Shown: positions 1-7,854, counted from the first letter of the stretch. The stretch: DNA of 38,894 nt from Desulfurella sp. (GCF_023256235.1 NZ_JAGDWY010000067.1:13489-52382); one strand, 5' to 3'. Made by a program: numbers and translations. Notes: generated from the letters alone by a model not told the origin.

Positions 1-519
1 TAGTATGGATATTAAAATCAATACAAAGCCGCCAAACAAAAAAAGAAGTATAATTTTCTTTAAAAAATTTAAAAAAAATATATCGGCATCTTTCAACGAT
101 ACGCCTATTAGTATACTAGATAAATTATTAATGGGCGTTTTGGTAAGAAATAGTCGTGTATTGTCTAATTTAACTATTTTTTTATCATTTTCATAAAATA
201 AATTTTTATATTCATTTTTGTTGCATAATATATCATTTGTTTTAGTTTTTACGCAAGCAACTTGTATAAACGGACTTCCTATAATCGTTGCATTAAGAAT
301 TTTTTGAATTCTTTCTGTATTGTTTTGATTAATTGGATTAGAAAGTTCTATTTTTAACTCTTGAGCTTTTCTTTTTCCAAAACTTTCAAAAAGTTTGTAA
401 TATTTAGTTTGAAATTTGCAGTATTCAAATAGAACCAGACCAACACTAAAAAATAAAATAAAAACTAAGTTTAAAAATATAACTTTATAAAATAAAGATA
501 TTTTATGTTTTTTGTTCAT
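1..519 (-). CDS. Membrane-bound sensor/signalling protein, N-terminal part only, runs off the left edge (TM-periplasmic domain-TM; histidine kinase or cyclase-like)
   Basis: Absent from the ORF track. Manual translation from ATG at 519 stays open to position 1: MNKKHKISLFYKVIFLNLVFILFFSVGLVLFEY...FLKKIILLFLFGGFVLILISIL. Two hydrophobic helices flank a ~115-aa soluble loop. Starts 5 nt after the lipoprotein stop. The output domain is not visible. Confidence 0.7.
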   Translation of the reverse strand, partial: MNKKHKISLFYKVIFLNLVFILFFSVGLVLFEYCKFQTKYYKLFESFGKRKAQELKIELSNPINQNNTERIQKILNATIIGSPFIQVACVKTKTNDILCNKNEYKNLFYENDKKIVKLDNTRLFLTKTPINNLSSILIGVSLKDADIFFLNFLKKIILLFLFGGFVLILISIL

Positions 520-524
520 AAAAC

Positions 525-1145
525 CTAATAAGATGCAATTTCCTTTTTAATAAAATTTATGCATTTGTTTTCAAAATAACCGTTTGATGCTAACATATAT
601 TCAGCATTGTGGATTTTTGAAGTAATTATATAATATTTTGGTATAAATTCCAATAATGTTTTGTCTTTTATGTTTGTAGCAAATATTACCATATAAAAAT
701 TCCATGCCACAATACCGCTAAGTGCAGGTTTATCTATCGTGTATTTAGAAATTTGGGAGGGTAGGCTGGTTGAATAGTATTGAGCCACATTAGAAGAGAT
801 ATCAACTTTTAAAAATCCTTCTTTCATACTGGATTTTTCAATATGGTAATTATTGAGTTCACAGAATTTTAGCAATGCTTGCCAAACCATATCAAATGGT
901 GCATTGATTATTGCTTTTTCTCTTATTAAATGCGTTTGTATATGTGTAGTGGAAACGCTATCTAAATTTACTGGAGTTGTTTTTGATTGATACTGCTGTT
1001 TGATTTCTTGAGCAGTTTTTTCTTTATTTTTTTGAAATAAATAAGGAGAATTGGTATGAGGATATACGAGTCCATTTTCCACAGCTCCACTACACGAAGA
1101 TATTGTGGCACATGACAAAATAGCTAATACAAATTTGTATTTCAT
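525..1145 (-). CDS. Putative lipoprotein of unknown function
   Basis: 206 aa; basic N-terminus, hydrophobic stretch and lipobox-like ISS-C18; starts 7 nt after the cytochrome c stop. Confidence 0.7.
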   Translation of the reverse strand: MKYKFVLAILSCATISSCSGAVENGLVYPHTNSPYLFQKNKEKTAQEIKQQYQSKTTPVNLDSVSTTHIQTHLIREKAIINAPFDMVWQALLKFCELNNYHIEKSSMKEGFLKVDISSNVAQYYSTSLPSQISKYTIDKPALSGIVAWNFYMVIFATNIKDKTLLEFIPKYYIITSKIHNAEYMLASNGYFENKCINFIKKEIASY

Positions 1146-1152
1146 ATAGCCC

Positions 1153-1446
1153 TCATTTTTTAAGCGTATGCAAAAATGCAGATATATCTTCTATATTTTG
1201 CACATTGCTCAATTGTGGATTTGATGATTTTACTGGTTTCATCATGCCTACATTGTTAAGAGCCCATTCAATTTTTTTTACTGATTGACCAACTATGTTT
1301 GGGCCTACATTGCCTTGCGCATTACTGCCATGACATGGTGCACATATAGATTCAAATAATTGCCTTCCATGTTGCACGTTTGCCGCATATGAAGAAACTG
1401 GTGTTGCTAAAATTAGTGCTGCTAAACAAAAAAAATACTTTTTCAT
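1153..1446 (-). CDS. Periplasmic monoheme class I cytochrome c
   Basis: Sec signal (MKKYFF...SSYA), GRQLF then CAPCH heme motif, GPNI, candidate distal Met (VGMM), C-terminal helix IEDISAFL. SD GAGGAGGT at 1461-1454 favours ATG 1446 over GTG 1455. Confidence 0.9.
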   Translation of the reverse strand: MKKYFFCLAALILATPVSSYAANVQHGRQLFESICAPCHGSNAQGNVGPNIVGQSVKKIEWALNNVGMMKPVKSSNPQLSNVQNIEDISAFLHTLKK

Positions 1447-1477
1447 AATAAGCACCTCCTCAAGTAACTTAAATTAC

Positions 1478-1533
1478 AAAATATGCTTTTTTTGGAATTT
1501 TTAAATCAGAAAAAATAGATTTTTTGTAGGAAT
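1478..1533 (-). promoter_or_regulatory. Putative promoter and regulator box for the cytochrome c - lipoprotein - sensor unit
   Basis: On the minus strand: ATTCCTACAAA ... TCTGATTTAAAAA (1510-1498) ... TATTTT (-10-like, 1483-1478). Same layout as upstream of the cyc2-like gene. Confidence 0.5.
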
Positions 1534-1538
1534 TTTTT

Positions 1539-1571
1539 TTACAACCCTCAAGTTAGTCTTGAGGGTTGTAA
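1539..1571. terminator. 14-bp perfect hairpin downstream of the cyc2-like gene (terminator or mRNA-stabilising stem)
   Basis: TTACAACCCTCAAG-ttagt-CTTGAGGGTTGTAA. No U-tract follows it in the minus-strand direction, so it is non-canonical. Confidence 0.55.
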
Positions 1572-1606
1572 TTTATAAGGAGGCAGGCTAAGCATAAAAA
1601 AGGAGT

Positions 1607-3004
1607 TTAAAAAGCATATTGAAGTAATACTCTTGTTGTATCATAGTCTGAGGCGTTACCACCCGTAGCTGCAACATCTGGATTATCTTTATTGTAAATA
1701 TCTTCTTCAAGTCGCAGATTTACATTCTGGTATGGATACCATGATAAACCTATTGCTTCGCCAGATGCATTTAAATCTTTTAACTCAGATGAATGCTGAT
1801 AAGTATATTTTGCATATATTCCATATGTTCTATTGTAGTAATAATCTGCATTTATGCTAAAGTTATTTGCAGCCACCGCCGATCCGTTAATTAATTGTCC
1901 GTTATAAATATCGTGTCCGTAAAAAGTTCCATTTCTGTCATGTATGAAAGAGGCAAATATTTCAAAAAGATTATGCGAATCTATATATTGCAATTGACCA
2001 TCTATACCGTATTCTCTGACGCTATCTAAGTACTCTCCATTGCCTGGCGCTTCAGCTGCATTCATGTTTTCATGACCAAAATATCCAAATGTTCCAATTT
2101 CGGTATAAATATGATCAAATTCTGGAAAAAAATATGCTAATCTTCCATATTCGTCTACATTAGATGTTCCATCAAATGTAGCTGAAGCTGATCCTGGATC
2201 GTTTAAAACAACATAAGATGGTGAAGTTTTGCCTACTTGACCACTTGTTGGGTGATATAGGCCAAAAGCTGCATATAGTCCTCCATGAGTAAATCCGCCA
2301 AGCATTGCGTAAATTTCGCCACCTTCTAAAGGACTAGGAGCAAACGCTTCAAAAAACCTATTTCTTGAGCTTATTCCACCTAAAAACCCATGCAACAGGG
2401 CACCCCAGTTGCCAACAGAATTTGTTGGATCACTAAATCCAACCATATCTTCACCTCTTAAGCCAAATGTTAGGTTATATGGTCCTAGTTTTTCATTTGG
2501 ACCAACCAATGCCAAATCAAAACCGCCCAGTGTCAATGACCCACCTTCATCATTAATGCCAGTTAGTTCTGTAAATGTACCTATATTTGGTGCTATTTCA
2601 CCAGCAAAATACAAACTTGAACCTTTAACCCAATTAAATTTTGTTTTACTTGGTACATTTGATCCACCTTTTCTATGCGAATATTCTGATTTAACACGCA
2701 AAGAAAGCATTGGAATTTGGTTTACAGCTAAATTTGGCAAAAACCCTTCCTCTTTTGCCTGTTGTTTGTACTGATTTCTTGAGAACTTAATTAATTTAGA
2801 ATAATCATAAGTATAACCATGGAGCTTAAAATCTCTACCAAAAGGTGTTAAATGTGGAAATACGGTGTGACATACATCACACGACAAGCCTGTTTGTCTT
2901 GAAAATGACGGGATAGCTTTAGCTTTTTGCGTAAAGCTTAAAGTACTTACAGTAAAGATTAGTATGAATAATAAGAAATTGTTAAACTGTAAGTTTTTTG
3001 ACAT
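1607..3004 (-). CDS. cyc2: Cyc2-like outer-membrane monoheme cytochrome c - porin fusion
   Basis: After the signal peptide (AKA): IPSFSRQTGLSCDVCHTVFPHLTPFGRDFKLHGY, matching the Cyc2 N-terminal signature PxFxRQTG-CxxCH-PxLTxxGRxFKL. The rest is Gly/aromatic-rich with amphipathic strands and ends in a beta-barrel-type terminal Phe (LLQYAF). SD AAGGAGG. Confidence 0.85.
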   Translation of the reverse strand: MSKNLQFNNFLLFILIFTVSTLSFTQKAKAIPSFSRQTGLSCDVCHTVFPHLTPFGRDFKLHGYTYDYSKLIKFSRNQYKQQAKEEGFLPNLAVNQIPMLSLRVKSEYSHRKGGSNVPSKTKFNWVKGSSLYFAGEIAPNIGTFTELTGINDEGGSLTLGGFDLALVGPNEKLGPYNLTFGLRGEDMVGFSDPTNSVGNWGALLHGFLGGISSRNRFFEAFAPSPLEGGEIYAMLGGFTHGGLYAAFGLYHPTSGQVGKTSPSYVVLNDPGSASATFDGTSNVDEYGRLAYFFPEFDHIYTEIGTFGYFGHENMNAAEAPGNGEYLDSVREYGIDGQLQYIDSHNLFEIFASFIHDRNGTFYGHDIYNGQLINGSAVAANNFSINADYYYNRTYGIYAKYTYQHSSELKDLNASGEAIGLSWYPYQNVNLRLEEDIYNKDNPDVAATGGNASDYDTTRVLLQYAF

Positions 3005-3033
3005 AACTTACCTCCTTAAATAAAATTTTTAAT

Positions 3034-3111
3034 ATCATAAAACTTTTAGATTTTTTTTAAATCAGAGTTTATTAATTTATTTGTAAGAATAAATATTAAA
3101 CTATGTAAGAA
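3034..3111 (-). promoter_or_regulatory. Putative cyc2 promoter with upstream regulator boxes
   Basis: -10 TATGAT at 3039-3034; TCTGATTTAAAAA at 3066-3054; TGTAAGAA direct repeat (+ strand) at 3082 and 3104, a 22-bp period. Confidence 0.5.
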
Positions 3112-3141
3112 AATTTATTTTTTCATATTGAATAATTCCTA

Positions 3142-3200
3142 TTGACAAATAAAAATTAAAGTGCTACTAATAAGTTAGTATATAAATAACTATTTGGAGG
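3142..3200 (+). promoter_or_regulatory. Sigma70-type promoter, palindromic operator and SD of the met operon
   Basis: TTGACA 3142-3147; weak extended -10 TGc-TACTAA 3162-3170; imperfect palindrome AAGTTAGTAT-A-TAAATAACTA 3172-3192; SD GGAGG 3196-3200. Confidence 0.6.
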
Positions 3201-3205
3201 CTTAA

Positions 3206-4468
3206 GTGAAAACAGAAACAATTTTGCTACACTATGGTTACAAACCTGATAATAATAAGTCTCAGGCTATACCAATCTATCAAACTTCGTCTTATAGGTT
3301 TGATTCTATTAAAGATGCCTATGATTTATTTACGCTTAATAGACAAGGCAATATTTACACTAGAATCAATAATCCTACGGTAGGAGTTCTAGAAGAGAGA
3401 CTTGCAGCTATGCATAATGCAAAAAGCGCACTTGTTGTTTCATCAGGACAGGCGGCTATTTTGTATTCTATTTTAAATTTGGCATCTTTTAAGGATAATA
3501 TTGTAAGCAGTAAATATCTTTATGGAGGCACTTATAATTTATTTAAATATACTTTAAAAAGAATAGGTATCGAAACAAGATTTGCACAAACAAACAATAT
3601 TACTGATTTTGAAAAGCTTATAGACAATCACACTAAAGCTGTATATATTGAATCAATTGGAAATCCTACAAATAAAATAGCTGATTTTATTAGATTATCC
3701 GCAATGGCGCATAACAACAATATACCCCTTATAGTAGATAATACTGTAAGCCCAATAATATTTAATCCGTTTGATTTTGGAGCGGATATTATTGTATATT
3801 CTCTAACAAAATTTATAAGCGGAAATGGTACGAGCATCGGTGGTGCAATTGTAGAAAAAGGGGATTTTGATTGGAGTACTTTGAAATTTAATAATGAATT
3901 TAGTTTTGATAAATCTTATCACGGCTTATCTTACATTAAAAAATTTAAAAATTCCGGAGTTTTTACAGCCAAAGCAAGATTGCAATTATTAAGAGATATA
4001 GGTGCTTGCATTTCGCCATTTAATGCATTTTTAATCTTACTTGGTTTGGAAACACTTCCACTTCGTATTGAAAAACATTGTAAAAATGCTTTAAAAGTAG
4101 CAAAATTTTTATCAAACCATCCCAAAGTTAGCTGGACAAACCACCTATCACTGCCAAACCATCCTGATAGGGATTTAGCTGATAAATACTTTAAAAAAGG
4201 TTTTGGAAGTATCATTGGCTTTGGTGTGAATGGGGGTTTTGAAAAAGCAAAAGCTTTTGTTGAAAGTTTAAAATTAATAATTCACTTGGCAAACATAGGT
4301 GACGCAAGAAGTTTAATCATACACCCAGCAAGCACCACTCATAGCCAATTAACCAAAGAAGAACTCAAAAAAGCTCAAATAGGAGAGGATTTTTTAAGGT
4401 TATCTGTAGGGATAGAACACGTTGACGATATTATTGAGGATCTAAATCAGTCTCTGGAGAAAATATGA
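3206..4468 (+). CDS. metY: O-acetylhomoserine sulfhydrylase (aminocarboxypropyltransferase)
   Basis: Cys/Met PLP family motifs PIYQTSSY, IYTRINNPT, SGQAA, DNT, SLTK (PLP Lys), HLANIGDARSLIIHPASTTH, RLSVGIE; GTG start; clustered with metX and metW. Confidence 0.93.
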   Translation: MKTETILLHYGYKPDNNKSQAIPIYQTSSYRFDSIKDAYDLFTLNRQGNIYTRINNPTVGVLEERLAAMHNAKSALVVSSGQAAILYSILNLASFKDNIVSSKYLYGGTYNLFKYTLKRIGIETRFAQTNNITDFEKLIDNHTKAVYIESIGNPTNKIADFIRLSAMAHNNNIPLIVDNTVSPIIFNPFDFGADIIVYSLTKFISGNGTSIGGAIVEKGDFDWSTLKFNNEFSFDKSYHGLSYIKKFKNSGVFTAKARLQLLRDIGACISPFNAFLILLGLETLPLRIEKHCKNALKVAKFLSNHPKVSWTNHLSLPNHPDRDLADKYFKKGFGSIIGFGVNGGFEKAKAFVESLKLIIHLANIGDARSLIIHPASTTHSQLTKEELKKAQIGEDFLRLSVGIEHVDDIIEDLNQSLEKI

Positions 4469-4911
4469 GTATCGTTTTATCAGTAAATATCAGTAAAATC
4501 AAAGGTATTTCAAAAAAACCTGTAGAAAAAGCTACTGCAATAAAAAATTATGGGATATTTGGTGATGCACATGCTTTTATTGGGTCAACAAGACAAATTA
4601 GTCTATTAAATTTTATTGAAATAGGAGAATTTGATAAAAATTTACCTTTTGGGATTTTTGCAGAAAATATTACTATAAGTGGTATAAGTAGTGAATATAT
4701 TAGCATAGGTTCTATTTTGAAAATCGGAAATGTTATTATAAAAATAACACAAATTGGAAAAACCTGCCACAGTGACTGTAATATAAAAAAAATGTTAGGT
4801 TCTTGTATTATGCCTCAAAAAGGTATCTTTGGGGTAGTTTTAAGCGGAGGAATAATAAGACCCCAAATGTTTATCGAGGTATTGAATGGAAAATATTTTT
4901 TATGTAAATGA
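4465..4911 (+). CDS. MOSC domain-containing protein (predicted sulfur carrier)
   Basis: GIFGDAH, RQISLL, GIFAENIT, GKTCHSDC...CIMP, GIF..V..GG.I motifs. ATGA overlap with metY and 26-nt overlap with metX. Confidence 0.85.
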   Translation: MSIVLSVNISKIKGISKKPVEKATAIKNYGIFGDAHAFIGSTRQISLLNFIEIGEFDKNLPFGIFAENITISGISSEYISIGSILKIGNVIIKITQIGKTCHSDCNIKKMLGSCIMPQKGIFGVVLSGGIIRPQMFIEVLNGKYFLCK

Positions 4912-5968
4912 ACCTTTTGAATTTGAATGCAAAAAGATTTTGCATGTTCCAATACATATAGCATATGAAACATACGGGCAATTAAACAATGACAAATCAA
5001 ATGCCATTCTTGTCTGTCATCCGCTCACGGCAAGCGCATGTGCTTATTCTGAAAATACAGATAAAAAAGGTTATTGGGATATATTGATAGGTCCAAACAA
5101 AGCACTTGATACGAATAAATATTATGTAATAAGCTCCAATGTGTTGGGCAGTTGCTATGGATCAAGCGGACCAAGTTCAATCAACCCGGAAACAAACAAA
5201 CCATATGCTCTGGATTTTCCTTTTGTGACAATTAAAGATATGGTAAAAGCTCAAAAGTTACTTGTTGAATATTTGGGTATCGAAAGGCTTTTGTGTGTGG
5301 TTGGTGGCTCTATGGGCGGTATGCAGGTATTGGAATGGGCAAAAAACTTTCCAAACAATATAAATTCTGCTATTGCTATAGCTACAACTAATAGACATAA
5401 TGCTGTCCAGATTGCATTTAATGAAGTGGCAAGACAGGCAGTTATAAATGATCCAAATTGGAACAATGGTAATTATTATTCAAAATGTTTTCCAAAATAT
5501 GGTTTAGCTGTCGCAAGAATGGTAGGGCATATTACTTACTTAAGTAAAGATTCGATGGAAGAAAAGTTTGGTAGAAACCTTGTAAATGACGACATAGAGT
5601 TTAATTTTACGGTTAATTTTCAGGTTGAAAGCTATTTGCATTGTAAGGGAAAACAATTTACGCAACGGTTTGATGCTAATTCGTTTTTGTATCTTACAAA
5701 GGCAATAGATTATTTTGATTTACAAGAAGGTTACCCGACATTAGAAGATGCTTTTTCAAGATGCAAAAATGTAAAATTTTTGATTATATCCTTTTCTTCG
5801 GATTGGCTCTACCCCAAAGAACAATCTCAGCGTATAGTAAATGCTCTGGAATTAGCAGGTGTAAATGTTAGTTACAGAAATATAAATTATAATTATGGAC
5901 ATGATTCTTTTTTATTGGAAAAAAACGAACAGAATTTTATTATTGGTAATTTTTTAAAATTTGTATGA
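4886..5968 (+). CDS. metX: Homoserine O-acetyltransferase
   Basis: IAYETYGQLN...NAILVCH, SNVLGSCYGSSGP, nucleophile GGSMGG, RFDANSF, SSDWLYP (Asp), GHDSFL (His). Confidence 0.95.
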   Translation: MENIFYVNEPFEFECKKILHVPIHIAYETYGQLNNDKSNAILVCHPLTASACAYSENTDKKGYWDILIGPNKALDTNKYYVISSNVLGSCYGSSGPSSINPETNKPYALDFPFVTIKDMVKAQKLLVEYLGIERLLCVVGGSMGGMQVLEWAKNFPNNINSAIAIATTNRHNAVQIAFNEVARQAVINDPNWNNGNYYSKCFPKYGLAVARMVGHITYLSKDSMEEKFGRNLVNDDIEFNFTVNFQVESYLHCKGKQFTQRFDANSFLYLTKAIDYFDLQEGYPTLEDAFSRCKNVKFLIISFSSDWLYPKEQSQRIVNALELAGVNVSYRNINYNYGHDSFLLEKNEQNFIIGNFLKFV

Positions 5969-6543
5969 GAAGAGATTTTAAAATAATTTTGTCTTTAATT
6001 AGTGATAAATCAAAAGTTCTTGATTTAGGATGTGGTGATGGTGAATTATTGCATTTATTACTTAACAAAAAATCTATAATAGCCAAAGGCATTGAGATTG
6101 AACCTAAAAAAGCTTCAGAAAGTATTGCTAGAGGAATTAGCGTATATGAAGGAGATATGTTTGAGATTTTGCCAAATTATAAAACCAAATCATACGATTA
6201 TGTTATTTTAAGCCAGACGCTTAGTGAAGTATCTGACCCAAAGACAATACTCTTTCAATCGCTTAGGGTTGGAAAGAAAGTTATAGTAAGTTTTTCAAAT
6301 TTTGGTTACATATCAAACCGGTTAAGTATTTTTTTTAAAGGTAAAATTGCCAGCAGGATGTTTTACGATTATCTCTGGTTTGAAAAAAAATACTTCCATG
6401 CATTTAGTATTTTAGAATTTGAACAATATTGTGAGAATAATAATGTGAAAATATTAAAAAAATTTCCAATTTTTGGATCCATACTGTTCAAATTTTCTTC
6501 TAATTTATTTGCCAAAAGTGCAGTGTATCTTTTAAAAAATTAA
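5965..6543 (+). CDS. metW: Methionine biosynthesis protein MetW
   Basis: VLDLGCGDG SAM-binding motif, YDYVILSQTL, IVSFSNFGY; ATGA overlap with metX. Confidence 0.92.
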   Translation: MRRDFKIILSLISDKSKVLDLGCGDGELLHLLLNKKSIIAKGIEIEPKKASESIARGISVYEGDMFEILPNYKTKSYDYVILSQTLSEVSDPKTILFQSLRVGKKVIVSFSNFGYISNRLSIFFKGKIASRMFYDYLWFEKKYFHAFSILEFEQYCENNNVKILKKFPIFGSILFKFSSNLFAKSAVYLLKN

Positions 6544-6559
6544 AATAAATATTTTGCCA

Positions 6560-6618
6560 TTGACAAAATAGTTTTGTTTATATAAAATATAGTAAGTTAA
6601 TAACTAATTATTTGGAGG
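6560..6618 (+). promoter_or_regulatory. Sigma70-type promoter, palindromic operator and SD of the sqr operon
   Basis: TTGACA 6560-6565, 17 bp, TAAAAT 6583-6588; palindrome TAGTAAGTTA-A-TAACTAATTA 6590-6610; SD GGAGG 6614-6618. Confidence 0.7.
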
Positions 6619-6622
6619 TTTT

Positions 6623-7852
6623 ATGAGGCGCCTTGTTATTTTAGGTGGTGGTGCAGGTGGAACAATGATGTTAAATAAGTTTTATAATGTTTTGGATAAA
6701 AATGAGTGGCAATTTACAATTATTGATGAATACGAAACTCATTATTATCAACCAGGTTTTTTGTTTATACCATTTGGTATGTATACAAAAAAAGATGTCA
6801 TTAGACCAAAAAGAGATTTTTTCCCGCCAGGCGTTGAAGTTATTCTTGAAAAAATCCAGCTAATAGATCCAGATAAAAATAGAATTATTTTAAATAATAA
6901 TGCAGTGGTATCTTACGATTATTTAATTATAGCAACGGGTTGTAAAATTGATCCCAGTGAAACCGAAGGCTTAAAAGATGATTTGTGGCACAGTAGCATT
7001 TTTGATTTTTATACGATAGAAGGTGCTTTAAAGTTAGCTAATTTTTTTAGACACTTTGATAAAGGAAAATTGGTTTTGCACATTACTGAAATGCCAATTA
7101 AATGTCCGGTTGCACCTCTTGAGTTTGTATTTTTAGCAGATTGGTTTTTTACAAAAAAAGGCGTTAGGGATAAAGTTGAAATAAGTTTTGTTACTCCATT
7201 GCCAGGCGCTTTTACAAAACCAAAAGCTGCAAGCGTGTTAGGTGATTTTTTGCAGAAAAAAAATATTCAGTTAATTCCAGATTTTAGCATAGAGCGTGTG
7301 GATAATGAAAATAAACAAATAATATCTTATGATAATATTAAAGTAAATTTTGATTGTTTGGTGAGTATCCCAACAAATAAAGGAGATGAGGTTATTGCAA
7401 GAAGTAATTTGGGCAATGAGTTAAATTTTATACCCACAGATAAAGAGACGCTTCTTGCAAAAGGTTTTGATAATATATTTGTAATTGGTGATGCAGCTGA
7501 TTTGCCAACATCAAAAGCTGGTTCTGTTGCACATTTTGCCTCAGATATTCTCTTTGAAAATTTTTTGGATGTAATTGAAGGAAAACCACCTAAAGCAAAG
7601 TTTGATGGTCATGCTAATTGTTTTATTGAATCTGGTTTTGGAAAAGGAATTTTGATCGATTTTAATTATGATATAGAACCGCTTCCAGGTAAATTTCCAT
7701 TACCTGCTTTGGGTCCGTTTTCATTATTGCAGGAAACTGCAATGAATCACTATGGAAAAATAATGTTTAGGTGGATGTACTGGAATTATCTATTAAAGGG
7801 TGTTGAACTACCAATAGAATCTCATATGTCTATGGCAGGAAAGAGGGCATAA
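6623..7852 (+). CDS. sqr: Sulfide:quinone oxidoreductase-like flavoprotein (probably type III-like)
   Basis: GGGAGG Rossmann motif, HYYQPG, YDYLIIATG, candidate catalytic Cys in KCPVAPLE and GHANCF, IGDA...SKAG, amphipathic C-terminal helix FRWMYWNYLL. Confidence 0.8.
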   Translation: MRRLVILGGGAGGTMMLNKFYNVLDKNEWQFTIIDEYETHYYQPGFLFIPFGMYTKKDVIRPKRDFFPPGVEVILEKIQLIDPDKNRIILNNNAVVSYDYLIIATGCKIDPSETEGLKDDLWHSSIFDFYTIEGALKLANFFRHFDKGKLVLHITEMPIKCPVAPLEFVFLADWFFTKKGVRDKVEISFVTPLPGAFTKPKAASVLGDFLQKKNIQLIPDFSIERVDNENKQIISYDNIKVNFDCLVSIPTNKGDEVIARSNLGNELNFIPTDKETLLAKGFDNIFVIGDAADLPTSKAGSVAHFASDILFENFLDVIEGKPPKAKFDGHANCFIESGFGKGILIDFNYDIEPLPGKFPLPALGPFSLLQETAMNHYGKIMFRWMYWNYLLKGVELPIESHMSMAGKRA

Positions 7853-7854
7853 AT

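Noticed and set aside
5-196. 63-aa plus-strand ORF
   Set aside because: Antisense shadow of the minus-strand sensor-like ORF 1-519, which has coherent TM topology and operon context.
3005-3205. SAM riboswitch or T-box upstream of metY
   Set aside because: The predicted leader is only ~30 nt, AT-rich, with no structured stems or terminator.
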